Origin: Candidatus Nomurabacteria bacterium
GTDB taxonomy: Bacteria; Patescibacteriota; Minisyncoccia; Phycocordibacterales; UBA9973
NCBI GenBank assembly: GCA_023898605.1
Contig: CP060230.1
Location: 67,944 to 131,943, forward strand
Direction: 5' to 3'
DNA length: 64,000 bases
Positions 17,216-26,066 of the stretch are shown here, piece after piece (position 1 is the stretch's first letter; every line of letters begins with the position of its first letter). A program made the position numbers and the translations under genes. The notes beneath the pieces are model-generated. The model was not told the origin of the DNA. It saw only the letters and a program-made list of their open reading frames with translations, and ran no database searches.

Positions 17216-17345
17216 CAAGATATAACCTAGTCAATTCTAATTTTAAAAAATGGTACACTACACTTACATTTTAAAAAGCTTAAAGGATGGCAAGTATTAT
17301 ATAGGGTCAACCTCCGATTTGGGCTAGCTTCACCCCAAAGATGTT

Positions 17346-17376
17346 CTTGACATAAAAGTATTATTATACTATAATG
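17346..17376 (+). promoter_or_regulatory. Sigma-70-like promoter TTGACA-N17-TATAAT
   Basis: TTGACA at 17347-17352, a 17-nt spacer, and TATAAT at 17370-17375. Confidence 0.5.
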
Positions 17377-17389
17377 TTAGAGATAGTTT

Positions 17390-17914
17390 ATGATCTTTAA
17401 CTTAAAATACTTTATCATGTCGAATAATAATGAAACAGTTGAAAACCCTACCACTTCTGTAGATAAAGTGGTAATTTCAATCTCTAAACGATCGATCTGG
17501 TCATTTATTGGACTGCTTGTGGTAGCTGGCTTCAGCTATCTCCAATGGATAGGCTATTTATTGCCAACCTTTAAGCAGATATTTATTTTGATTGAGGAAG
17601 CAGATGCTTCAATTTTAAGCGTAAGCCAAATAGGGTTGATGTGGGTGCCCGTAATATCGTACGCCCTAGTGGCGTTAAATATCTGTCTTTTTTTTAATAT
17701 ATTTAAGGAATTAAAGAAAGAGAAAGGTCTCATTGCGGGTCTCATTGTGGGTCTCATTTGGGGTCTTTGGGGTCTCATTGCGGGTCTCATTGCGGGTCTC
17801 ACTGCGGGTCTCATTGTGGGTCTCATTTGGGGTCTCACTTGGGGTCTCACTTGGGGTCTCACTGCGGGTCTCATTATGGGTCTCATTATGGGTCTCAAAA
17901 ATGAGTACTCATGA
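17390..17914 (+). CDS. Membrane protein with C-terminal (G-L-I/T-x)n repeat array
   Basis: TM helices, then about 15 tandem 12-bp repeats (GGTCTCATTGCG variants) encoding GLIAGLIVGLIWGL... An alternative start at 17417 (MSNNNET) is possible. Confidence 0.5.
   Translation: MIFNLKYFIMSNNNETVENPTTSVDKVVISISKRSIWSFIGLLVVAGFSYLQWIGYLLPTFKQIFILIEEADASILSVSQIGLMWVPVISYALVALNICLFFNIFKELKKEKGLIAGLIVGLIWGLWGLIAGLIAGLTAGLIVGLIWGLTWGLTWGLTAGLIMGLIMGLKNEYS
17727..17895 (+). repeat. 12-bp tandem repeat array (about 15 copies) inside the CDS
   Basis: Repeat units are GGTCTCATTGCG, GGTCTCATTGTG, GGTCTCATTTGG, GGTCTCACTTGG and similar. The array is in frame because the period is a multiple of 3. Confidence 0.8.
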
Positions 17915-17992
17915 AAATACAAAAGAGCTTGTCTTGGATGAGCTCTTTTTTAATTTTTATAAATTAATATTCGAATATCAAAGACATAACAA

Positions 17993-18019
17993 AACCACCC
18001 GTATATGGGTGGTTTTTTA
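17993..18019. terminator. Bidirectional hairpin terminator
   Basis: CCACCC-GTATAT-GGGTGG flanked by A-runs and T-runs, between convergent genes. Confidence 0.6.
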
Positions 18020-18020
18020 T

Positions 18021-18551
18021 TTATAGTGATTTTACCTTGATAGTTGTTTGTTTGTCTTTGTCTATCTTTGGAAGTCTTATTGTTAGAAGTCCGTGTTTTT
18101 CTATCGCTTCGGCTCTTTCTGGTTCGATTTCTTGTGGGAGAATTATAGTTCTAGAGAATGCACCCCAATATAGTTCCTTTGTGAAATAATCTTGTTCTGG
18201 TATGGCACGATTTTCTTCTCTTCGTCCTTTTATAACAATTGAGTCTCTAGTTATGCTTATACCCAAGTCTTCTGGCCTCACTCCAGCCACCATTGTTTGT
18301 ACTATTATTTCTCCTGGTGTTTGGTATACGTCTACAGTTAGTTGACCCTCTTCTTCTTGCCACGCGTCTTCTTCTTCTACCACAATTTGAGATTGTGGGC
18401 TTTGGGATTTAACCTTGAGTGTTCTTACGTCTTTTTGTGCTAGAGGTTTTTCTTCTTCCTGTGCGAACACATCATCGTCTTCCATCAAGTCTTCGTCAAA
18501 GCGAATACTTCCTGTCAGTCTTTCGAAGAGAGATTTTCTTTTTTTTATCAT
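18021..18551 (-). CDS. Hsp20/alpha-crystallin small heat-shock protein
   Basis: Alpha-crystallin-domain motifs LTVDVYQTPGEIIV, GVRPEDLGISITRDSIVIKG and HGLLTIRLPK. Confidence 0.8.
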   Translation of the reverse strand: MIKKRKSLFERLTGSIRFDEDLMEDDDVFAQEEEKPLAQKDVRTLKVKSQSPQSQIVVEEEDAWQEEEGQLTVDVYQTPGEIIVQTMVAGVRPEDLGISITRDSIVIKGRREENRAIPEQDYFTKELYWGAFSRTIILPQEIEPERAEAIEKHGLLTIRLPKIDKDKQTTIKVKSL

Positions 18552-18556
18552 AATAA

Positions 18557-19285
18557 TTAATTTATTGTCGGCTGAATGTTTTCTTTGTAATAAATAGCGT
18601 CAGATATTCTTCTAAGTCTTTCGAAGAATAGCATACTAACAATTGCGAGAACCCATAGAACGCCATAAAGTCTCCAGAATTGTTCTCCTGTATCATTAAT
18701 TATAAGGAAATTAAACGTTCCGTGCAATAAAATTGCCACCATAATCCCCACAATACTATAAAAGACTCTGACTATTTTTAGATATCTAAACCCTAGTCCC
18801 ATGCCTATACCTATTGCTGCACTCGATATAGTGTGCAGGATTGATGCACCCAAGAATCTGAGTCCGCCTGTAAGAAGACTAACTGTAGTGTCTTGTGTTG
18901 TTATCGGATCAAACAAGAACATAGAGTTTTCTAGCGCAGAAAATCCAAGAGCAATCGTTATAAAATAGATAGGGAAGTCTATAGGTTCGTCTGCCTTGCC
19001 ACTAGGCAAGATTATTATTATGAACATCAAGAATTTTAGGATTTCTTCTGATGCTGCAGCAAGTCCGACAAATGTTTTGTCGTCGATAGAAATACTGCTC
19101 AAAAACTCCTGTATAGGCAAGACAAGTGGTACAGCTATCATTCCTCCTAGGAATGCCAAAAACAAAAGACCTTTTGGTTCGGGTCTTTTGTCATCTTCTT
19201 TGAGCCAAAACCATAGCCAGACTAGAGCTGGAATGATTCCACTTGCTATAGCAACCAATATATTGTTTATGCTTTGATACTCCAT
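18557..19285 (-). CDS. PrsW-family intramembrane protease-like membrane protein
   Basis: Polytopic with an EEILKF (EExxK) motif and HGTFNF (H..F/N) motif in TM segments, as in PrsW/CAAX-like proteases. Confidence 0.5.
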   Translation of the reverse strand: MEYQSINNILVAIASGIIPALVWLWFWLKEDDKRPEPKGLLFLAFLGGMIAVPLVLPIQEFLSSISIDDKTFVGLAAASEEILKFLMFIIIILPSGKADEPIDFPIYFITIALGFSALENSMFLFDPITTQDTTVSLLTGGLRFLGASILHTISSAAIGIGMGLGFRYLKIVRVFYSIVGIMVAILLHGTFNFLIINDTGEQFWRLYGVLWVLAIVSMLFFERLRRISDAIYYKENIQPTIN

Positions 19286-21456
19286 TTCTCTACCATAAGA
19301 GGACTATCGTGTCCCAAGAGTGACCATATTTCTTCTGTTACAAATGGCATGAATGGATGAAGCGCTTTGATCTGTTCTTTTAGTAGATACAGAAGCGTAT
19401 ATTTTGCAGAGTCATTCATGTCTTTTTTACACTCTTCTATTATGATATCAGCAAATCTGTGCCAGAAGAAGTGGTAAAGCTTCTCGCCGACTAGGTATAA
19501 CTTGTATTCTGTCATTTCTTTTGTAATTTCTTCCAAAAGTTTTTGCCACTCGTCTATATATTCTTGGTGAGAAGGATCTAGTTTTGGAGTAATAGAAGTA
19601 TCGAAGTCAGAAGTATTTTCTAAAACAAATCTTGTAGCGTTCCATATCTTGTTACCAAACTTTTTGTAAGCTTTGATTTTTTCTTCGCTCAAGTTGTTGT
19701 CTCCTCCTGGTCCTATGCCAACGATTAGACCCATACGTAGCGCGTCAGCACCGTAGTCTTTTATAACATCTACTGGGTCTAGTGTGTTTCCTAGAGATTT
19801 ACTCATCTTTCTTCCTTGTTTGTCACGAACGAGCCCGTGTAGATATACGTTCTTGAACGGTATTTCTCCTATTAGGTATTTTGTCATAAGAACCATTCTT
19901 GCAACCCAGAAAAAAATTATGTCATAACCAGTTTCGAGAACAGTTGTTGGGTGGTATATGCTATCTTTCGAATTCGCGAGCCATTTCTTGAGATCTATAT
20001 CATAAACTTCTTTGTCTAGAAGCGTAGAGAATGTCCAAAGACCGGAAGAAAACCAAGTGTCTAGTGTATCTTCGTCTTGTACCCAGCCGTCTCCAGGAGA
20101 AGTTTTTGAAACTTCTATTTTTCCGTCTTTGTGCCAAGCTGGAACTCTGTGCCCATACCATATTTGTCTAGAGATATTCCAGTCACGCAAGTTTTCTATC
20201 CAGTTTGTATAAACTCTCTCATATCTTTCTGGCATTATGTTTATTTCGCTCTCTTTTACAACATCTAACATTAGATCTTTGAGACTTTTTCCTGTTTCGT
20301 TTTTCTTGTTTACATCAACCCACCATTGCATTTTAGGTAGTGGTTCTATAATCCCGCCAGTACGTTCTGCTGTTGCAACGCTTTGCACAACCTCTTCTTC
20401 ATTTATTAGAAGGTTTTCTTTTCGTAGCCACTCAACAACAGCTTCTCGCGCTGCTTCAACTTTTGTATCTTTTACTCCTTCCATACCAACTGTCATCTTG
20501 GCGTATTCGTTTATAACTTGTTTCATTGGTAGGTTGTGTCTTTCCGCGATTTCCCAGTCTGTTTGACTATGCGCTGGAGTAACACCAAGAGCGCCAACTC
20601 CAAACTCTGGATCGACTTCTTCGTCGGCAATTATTTTTACAGTTACAGTTTCGCCTGCAAACTCGAAAGAATATTCTTTGCCTACGTATTCTTTATATCT
20701 AGCATCATCTGGGTGTACAGCAACTGCAGTATCTCCAAGTTTTGTTTCTGGTCTTGTTGTTGCTATAGGGAAGGGGAAGTCGTTAGAGTATTTGAAAGTG
20801 TACATTTTACTTTTTCTTTCTTCTCTAACTATTTCGTCATCGGAAATAGTCGTTTGACCTTTTGGATCCCAGTTTACTATTCTTTCTTTTCTGTATATAA
20901 GTCCGTCGTCATACATCTTTTTAAACGCAGAGAAGACAGCTTCATGTCTTGTTTCGTCTAGTGTGTAAGCTTCTCGTGACCAGTCGAGTGATGCACCCAT
21001 CTTTATACATTGAGAAATGATAGTGTCGTGAGAGTCCTGTGCGAACTTCTCAACTCTTTTCAAGAATTCTTCACGTCCCAAATCTTGTTTTCTAATTTTT
21101 TCTTTTGCCAACTCTTTTTCTACTTTTGACTGTGTTGCTATGGCTGCATGATCTGTTCCTGGTATCCAAAGTGTCCTGAGTCCTCGCATTCTAGCGAAAC
21201 GAACCATTATGTCTTCTATTGCGAGCATAGAAGCGTGTCCTGTGTGCAGTGTTCCTGTTACGTTTGGAGGAGGGAGAACAATAGAGAAAATCTCGGCGTC
21301 TTTGTCTGTAAAACCTTTTTCTATACAAATATCTGGATTAAAAAGTCCGCTTTTTTGCCACATATCATATATGCGATCTTCTGTGTCTATGTGGTCGTAT
21401 GGAGACAAGAATTTCTCCGGTATGCTTGTCCCGTTAGATTTTTCATTTGAATTCAT
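19267..21456 (-). CDS. valS: Valyl-tRNA synthetase (compact, 729 aa)
   Basis: Motifs PPPNVTGTLHTGHA (HIGH) and RKMSKSLGN (KMSKS), plus an editing domain. No C-terminal coiled coil. Confidence 0.9.
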   Translation of the reverse strand: MNSNEKSNGTSIPEKFLSPYDHIDTEDRIYDMWQKSGLFNPDICIEKGFTDKDAEIFSIVLPPPNVTGTLHTGHASMLAIEDIMVRFARMRGLRTLWIPGTDHAAIATQSKVEKELAKEKIRKQDLGREEFLKRVEKFAQDSHDTIISQCIKMGASLDWSREAYTLDETRHEAVFSAFKKMYDDGLIYRKERIVNWDPKGQTTISDDEIVREERKSKMYTFKYSNDFPFPIATTRPETKLGDTAVAVHPDDARYKEYVGKEYSFEFAGETVTVKIIADEEVDPEFGVGALGVTPAHSQTDWEIAERHNLPMKQVINEYAKMTVGMEGVKDTKVEAAREAVVEWLRKENLLINEEEVVQSVATAERTGGIIEPLPKMQWWVDVNKKNETGKSLKDLMLDVVKESEINIMPERYERVYTNWIENLRDWNISRQIWYGHRVPAWHKDGKIEVSKTSPGDGWVQDEDTLDTWFSSGLWTFSTLLDKEVYDIDLKKWLANSKDSIYHPTTVLETGYDIIFFWVARMVLMTKYLIGEIPFKNVYLHGLVRDKQGRKMSKSLGNTLDPVDVIKDYGADALRMGLIVGIGPGGDNNLSEEKIKAYKKFGNKIWNATRFVLENTSDFDTSITPKLDPSHQEYIDEWQKLLEEITKEMTEYKLYLVGEKLYHFFWHRFADIIIEECKKDMNDSAKYTLLYLLKEQIKALHPFMPFVTEEIWSLLGHDSPLMVEKWSIKA

Positions 21457-21789
21457 AATTTTCTCTTTATTTTAAGATCGAAAGCCTATATTTGTCTCAT
21501 AAAAATAAAACAAAATCTGTTCGGGATTTCTCTCTGACATGAAAAAAATATAGCATTTTATAGCCTTTTTTTCCAGGAATCATTACTATAGATTGAGTAT
21601 TGACTAGATACAATAATTATTATATAATAATATTACCTCTAAAGATTGAGGTTATATGGCAATGACAATGTCATTAATGGCGCTGATGCAAGGTTATAGA
21701 GACCAATCCGTCTTTGTTTGTTGTGGCGTTTACAACAAACTAGTCGATACCTTTCAAGGAAGGGAGACGATAAATAGCAGTTCTTTATT

Positions 21790-22386
21790 ATGAAAAATAT
21801 CATTGTTGGTCTTTTCTTGGTGATCGTATGTGTTTGGATTACTTACGTAATTTCATTCATTTGGTTCTTCGATAAATACAAGGAAACCAAAGATCCTGGT
21901 TACCCGTTTGTCTTTTTTACACTTATTGTTTTGTTGGGTTTTGCCCATGTTGAGCTTTACACTGGCATTCAAAAGCGTTTTGCTGATATTGCAAACAAAG
22001 CAACAAACACAAACAAGCATCAACCTAAGAAAAGGAAAACCTTGCGGGATTATCTGCGAGAAACCAGTTTCACTTTTGATCTGGAAGATGAAAATCGATT
22101 GATTTCAAAAAATAATCCAGGCCTTGTTATAAGGGTTAGTAAGGGACATTCAATTGACGATGTGAATATTTACACAAATCGTCCACATGAATTAAATGAG
22201 GAAGATGAGATTTGTGTGACAAACCAGATTCTTTTCATCCGTAATTTTTTTTACCATATGGGAAGTCACGAAATCAATATCTACAAAAGTCCAGCGGCTA
22301 AGTGGGAAGATTTCTCTCAGGAACTGATTGAAACAATCTTTAATCTGTATGAAGGAAAGTATCAGGTTGAAGAACACGAAGCTTAA
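21790..22386 (+). CDS. Hypothetical membrane-anchored protein
   Basis: Two N-terminal TM helices and a soluble C-terminal domain. No recognisable motif. Confidence 0.4.
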   Translation: MKNIIVGLFLVIVCVWITYVISFIWFFDKYKETKDPGYPFVFFTLIVLLGFAHVELYTGIQKRFADIANKATNTNKHQPKKRKTLRDYLRETSFTFDLEDENRLISKNNPGLVIRVSKGHSIDDVNIYTNRPHELNEEDEICVTNQILFIRNFFYHMGSHEINIYKSPAAKWEDFSQELIETIFNLYEGKYQVEEHEA

Positions 22387-22397
22387 AGTTCTTTACC

Positions 22398-22433
22398 ATG
22401 CGCGGCAAGTAATTACTTGCCGCGCATTTTTTA
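22398..22433. terminator. Strong bidirectional terminator
   Basis: Stem ATGCGCGGCAAGTAA / TTACTTGCCGCGCAT (about 14 bp) followed by TTTTTT, between convergent genes. Confidence 0.7.
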
Positions 22434-23585
22434 TCCTTCGATTCGGAGATTTCCTTCGGCACGGATTTCATCCACCGGTATACTTTGACCGAAATAAAAC
22501 GAAGCTATCGCAACCATGAGAGCGTTGTCTCCAGACAGATCACTTCTCGGATAGAATATTTTTGTATCAGATAGTTCTTTTATGAGTCTTTCTTTTAGGT
22601 AAGAGTTAGCAGCTACTCCACCACCAACAACAAGCATGTTTGATCCAAACTCTTTCATGGCATCCACAGTTTTCTTTACTAGTACATCTACAGCTGCATC
22701 TTCGAACGCTCTCGCTACTTCAGACTTGTCCATGTCATCTTGGTTTTTCTCGACATAGTATCTAACTGCTGTCTTGAGTCCAGAAAAAGAAAAATCATAA
22801 CTTTTTTCGTGCATCATAGGTCGTGGAAAGCCAATTTCTTCTTTTTCGTGTATCTTTCTATGCTTGTCGGCTATTTTAGATATTTCTGGTCCGCCAGGAT
22901 ATGGGAGTCCGAGCATTCTTGCTACTTTGTCAAAAGCTTCACCTACAGCGTCGTCTTTGGTTTCGCCAAGTATTTTGTACATGCCCCAGCCATCTACTTT
23001 TACAAGTTCTGAGTGTCCTCCGGAAACTAGTAGTGATATAAATGGAAACATATCTTCTCTTATTGTGAAGTTTTTGTTTCCGTCTTCTGCAAATACAGAA
23101 AATATATGACCTTCCATGTGGTTTATAGGTATAAGAGGTATATCCCACAACACTGATAGTGCTTTTGCAAAGTTTATACCAACCCACAATGTCGGCTCTA
23201 GTCCTGGTCCTCTTGTAACCGCTAGCTGATCTACTCCCTTGATATCGTATTTTTTTGCAAAGACTAGTAGATCTTCGTATAGTCCAGTTTCTCTTTCTAG
23301 TATTTCTTTGGCTTTTTCTAATCTTGTTTTGTCTACTTCTCCAGACTTTTCTTGTATCATTCCTGCTTCACGAAGTGCGAGTTCTAGTATGGGAACGAGT
23401 GCTTTGGCGTGTTCTCTTTTTGCGACAGCAGGGAAAACACCACCGTATTTGGCGTGGATCTGCGCTTGTGATGCTATGCAATTAGAAAGTATCTCGAAGT
23501 GTGTTTCTTCGTCGCTATCTTTTTGTGTACTAAGTATCGCTATGGCTGTTTCGTCACAAGATGTTTCTATCCCCAAAATTTTCAT
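22431..23585 (-). CDS. tsaD: tRNA N6-adenosine threonylcarbamoyltransferase TsaD (Kae1/Gcp)
   Basis: N-terminus MKILGIETSCDETAIAIL and the HMEGH metal-binding motif. Confidence 0.85.
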   Translation of the reverse strand: MKILGIETSCDETAIAILSTQKDSDEETHFEILSNCIASQAQIHAKYGGVFPAVAKREHAKALVPILELALREAGMIQEKSGEVDKTRLEKAKEILERETGLYEDLLVFAKKYDIKGVDQLAVTRGPGLEPTLWVGINFAKALSVLWDIPLIPINHMEGHIFSVFAEDGNKNFTIREDMFPFISLLVSGGHSELVKVDGWGMYKILGETKDDAVGEAFDKVARMLGLPYPGGPEISKIADKHRKIHEKEEIGFPRPMMHEKSYDFSFSGLKTAVRYYVEKNQDDMDKSEVARAFEDAAVDVLVKKTVDAMKEFGSNMLVVGGGVAANSYLKERLIKELSDTKIFYPRSDLSGDNALMVAIASFYFGQSIPVDEIRAEGNLRIEG

Positions 23586-23634
23586 GTCTATATATTATAC
23601 AAGATTTTTGTTTGATGCGTGTTATATTGTTGTT

Positions 23635-24600
23635 ATGTTTTCAGAAGACGAAGAAAAAAGTGAAAAATTAACAAAGATTTTAGATCAAAATGGTTTTACC
23701 AAAAAGGAAATCGGTATAGCCATTATTGACTTGAAAGAACCTGAGCCAAAGATTTTTGGGTATAATTTTGAGCACTTTATATATCCTGCCTCTGTTTACA
23801 AAGTCTTTATTGGCGCGGAAGCATTGCGTAGAATTGAGTCCGGTGATTTTTCACTAGAGCAAGTTATTGAAGTAAAGTATCCAAATGATGTAGATAAAGA
23901 TGCAAAGATTTTTCCAGGAGATAACAGAAATCTTTTAAAATCTGGCGATAGAGTAACTATAGATTATTTGCTTGATCTTATGTTTACTCGTAGCGACAAT
24001 ACAGCATCCAATTGTCTTATAGATTTAGTGGAAAGAGAAAGTATAACTAAAAATATAATATACAAATATAACTGGCAGGGAAGTGAAGTAACAAGAAAGT
24101 TTTTGGATAGAACAAAAGAAGATAAACCATATAGATATTCGGATACTACTATGACATGCGCAAGACATGTTGCAGAATTTTTTTACCTTGTTGAAAAAGA
24201 AGAACTTGTGTCCCCGTGGGTGTCTAAAAATTTAAAAGAATATATGCTCCGATGGAATACTGGGGGGAGAAAGGGTTTATCATTATCTGATTATATTTCT
24301 TATTATAGAAAGGGTGGATATTTGGAAAACAATTTGTATCTTCCGTTTTATCGTGAATATTACAAAAAGGCAGGCTTTGCGCTAGACTATGCAGCTATCG
24401 GTGTATTTAGACTCATAAAAACAATTGTCACAAAAGGTTGGGCATTTATACGTTGGGTAAACGATGCAGGAGTAGTAACAGGAAAAAATTCACACTATGT
24501 TATATCTTTCTTTTCAGTAAACAAACAAATAAATCCTTACAAAAAATTTAATTCAGAAAAATTAGCGAAACTCATATTTGAGTTTATGGAAAATAGATAA
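23635..24600 (+). CDS. Serine hydrolase, class-A beta-lactamase-like
   Basis: S-x-x-K (PASVYK), SDN (RSDNTASN) and KGG (YRKGGY) motifs appear in class-A order. The start was moved from 23239 to the ATG at 23635 to avoid a long antisense overlap with tsaD. Confidence 0.55.
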   Translation: MFSEDEEKSEKLTKILDQNGFTKKEIGIAIIDLKEPEPKIFGYNFEHFIYPASVYKVFIGAEALRRIESGDFSLEQVIEVKYPNDVDKDAKIFPGDNRNLLKSGDRVTIDYLLDLMFTRSDNTASNCLIDLVERESITKNIIYKYNWQGSEVTRKFLDRTKEDKPYRYSDTTMTCARHVAEFFYLVEKEELVSPWVSKNLKEYMLRWNTGGRKGLSLSDYISYYRKGGYLENNLYLPFYREYYKKAGFALDYAAIGVFRLIKTIVTKGWAFIRWVNDAGVVTGKNSHYVISFFSVNKQINPYKKFNSEKLAKLIFEFMENR

Positions 24601-24861
24601 TTTTTTGGTATCTTTATACTACCACACTCGAACATTTTTCCGAAAGAAATGAATACTTTTTGTTCAGGTTTAAAAATGCAAGCAAGCGCTGCTTTTCCGA
24701 TTCGCGAAATACTTTTCATTTTTAAAAGAATTTTACCGCAACGTGCGATGCCGAGATGATTTGTTTTCTTTTGACATTCTGCGAGTTTCTCCGTTCTCGT
24801 TATATCTACTAATTCAAGTAGGAAGTAGATTAACCTAGGAGCAGTATAGCATAACTGCTTG

Positions 24862-24890
24862 ACAAAACCAAATGCTTATGCTATGATATT
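24862..24890 (+). promoter_or_regulatory. Sigma-70-like promoter TTGACA-N17-TATGAT
   Basis: Lies upstream of the 25007 gene. Confidence 0.4.
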
Positions 24891-24928
24891 GGTAATTCTT
24901 TAAAAAATATTGATTTTTAGGGTTTATT

Positions 24929-24978
24929 TTGAAAGTTATCAGAACTGCCAGAAACTTGGCTTGTCTGATAACTTTCAA
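24929..24978 (+). promoter_or_regulatory. 15-bp perfect inverted repeat in the 5' leader (TTGAAAGTTATCAGA-N20-TCTGATAACTTTCAA)
   Basis: Seen directly in the sequence. Lies between the promoter and the ATG at 25007. No T-run follows. Confidence 0.4.
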
Positions 24979-25006
24979 AATTCATAAAAAATTAAAAATC
25001 AATAAA

Positions 25007-25519
25007 ATGGAAAAATCAAAGAAAGGCTCTCGTGCTATGAGTACTGCTGCAATTTTCGCAATCATTATTTCTGTCGTTGGCTCTTTAATTTTAAGAGTTA
25101 ATACAGAAAATATGGTAATGGATGTTTTACTCGGACTTTTTGTCTTTGGAAAATTTGCCATGACCATGATGTTTACCCAAGGGTGGAAAGTGTTCAACCA
25201 CAAAACAATTCTCGGAATGCCACGCCTTTTGTTTGTTTTTTATATCATTGTTGGAACTCTTTTGGTTTCAATTTTTGTAACAAGCAGACAATTCGGTCCT
25301 GACTTAGCTTCTTCTGCAAAAAACATTCTCGGTTTCGTAATTTCAGCTTCGGCTGGATTGATCGGAACTTTGTATATGTGGTATGCCGGAGTTAATGAAT
25401 GGATGGCAGGTGGTAGTGAATATGATGCACGGATGCAATTCAAAAGTAAAGGTGATTCAGATGAAGTAACCGAGGAAAAAGTTATTAAACTGAAAAACCT
25501 TGGCGTTATTCCATCTTAA
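25007..25519 (+). CDS. Hypothetical polytopic membrane protein
   Basis: Four to five TM helices. ATG at 25007 (MEKSKKG...). Confidence 0.45.
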   Translation: MEKSKKGSRAMSTAAIFAIIISVVGSLILRVNTENMVMDVLLGLFVFGKFAMTMMFTQGWKVFNHKTILGMPRLLFVFYIIVGTLLVSIFVTSRQFGPDLASSAKNILGFVISASAGLIGTLYMWYAGVNEWMAGGSEYDARMQFKSKGDSDEVTEEKVIKLKNLGVIPS

Positions 25520-25540
25520 TATCTTTGCCAGAAAAAATTC

Positions 25541-25572
25541 GAGCTTCACTAATTTTTTAGTGAAGCTCTTTT
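25541..25572 (+). terminator. Rho-independent terminator
   Basis: Stem GAGCTTCACTAA / TTAGTGAAGCTC followed by TTTTGTTTTT. Confidence 0.6.
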
Positions 25573-25644
25573 GTTTTTCTATTTGCCCGCCCCGCCAAAA
25601 AACAAATTCGTCCGCTTTATTTATTTTGAAAACAGGTTCCATTT

Positions 25645-25712
25645 TGGTGGGCGATACAGGACTCGAACCTGTGGCCTTTTCAACGTCATCCCGCCTATTT
25701 AGGACGGGATAA
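25645..25712 (-). pseudogene. 3' portion of a split tRNA (acceptor 3' strand ATCGCCC plus encoded CCA; T-arm ACAGG-TTCGAGT-CCTGT)
   Basis: Minus strand reads ...ATCCCGTCCTAAATAGGCGGGATGACGTTGAAAAGGCCACAGGTTCGAGTCCTGTATCGCCCACCA. The matching 5' strand GGGCGATTAGCTCAG lies about 800 bp away at 26461-26475. Confidence 0.5.
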
Positions 25713-25722
25713 AATGAACGCT

Positions 25723-25992
25723 CTAGTTCACCCCGCCTATTTCAGGCGGGGCAAGCTGAGCTAATTTTTCTTTGTAATCTTTATTTTTCTTTTTTAGCCA
25801 CTTTTCGTGTTTTCTGGCTAGCTCATAATTTTTATATTCTTTGGTGTAAACTAAAACATATGGTTTTAGTTTAGAGGAGGTTTTTAATTTACCACTATTG
25901 TGTTCTTTTAATCGCCTAGTTGGATTATCAGAAATACCCACATAAAAACTTTGGTTTATTTTACTTTTTATAAGATAAACAAAGCAAGACAT
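25723..25992 (-). CDS. GIY-YIG nuclease family small protein
   Basis: N-terminus FVYLIKSKINQSFYVGISDNPTRRLKEHNSG. The start codon abuts the tRNA-Val 3' end. The last 12 codons are encoded by the ATTAGCTCAG plus CCCCGCC/GGCGGGG hairpin motif. The printed sequence near 25981 appears 1 nt out of register with the ORF track, so coordinates may be off by 1. Confidence 0.75.
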   Translation of the reverse strand: MSCFVYLIKSKINQSFYVGISDNPTRRLKEHNSGKLKTSSKLKPYVLVYTKEYKNYELARKHEKWLKKKNKDYKEKLAQLAPPEIGGVN

Positions 25993-26066
25993 GTGAGCGA
26001 TAGAGGATTCGAACCTCTGACCTTTCCCACGTCAAGGGAACGCTCTACCGACTGAGCTAATCGCTC
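25993..26066 (-). tRNA. tRNA-Val (anticodon GAC)
   Basis: Minus strand: acceptor GAGCGAT/ATCGCTC. D-arm GCTC-AGTCGGTA-GAGC. Anticodon stem TTCCC/GGGAA with loop TTGACGT. T-arm AGAGG-TTCGAAT-CCTCT. Discriminator A. No CCA is encoded. Confidence 0.8.

Noticed and set aside
23239-23634. Long N-terminal extension of the beta-lactamase-like ORF (track start 23239)
   Set aside because: It would run antisense through about 350 bp of tsaD. The internal ATG at 23635 gives a normal serine-hydrolase N-terminus.
25500-25712. 70-aa plus-strand ORF
   Set aside because: It spans a terminator and the minus-strand tRNA fragment. No coding features.
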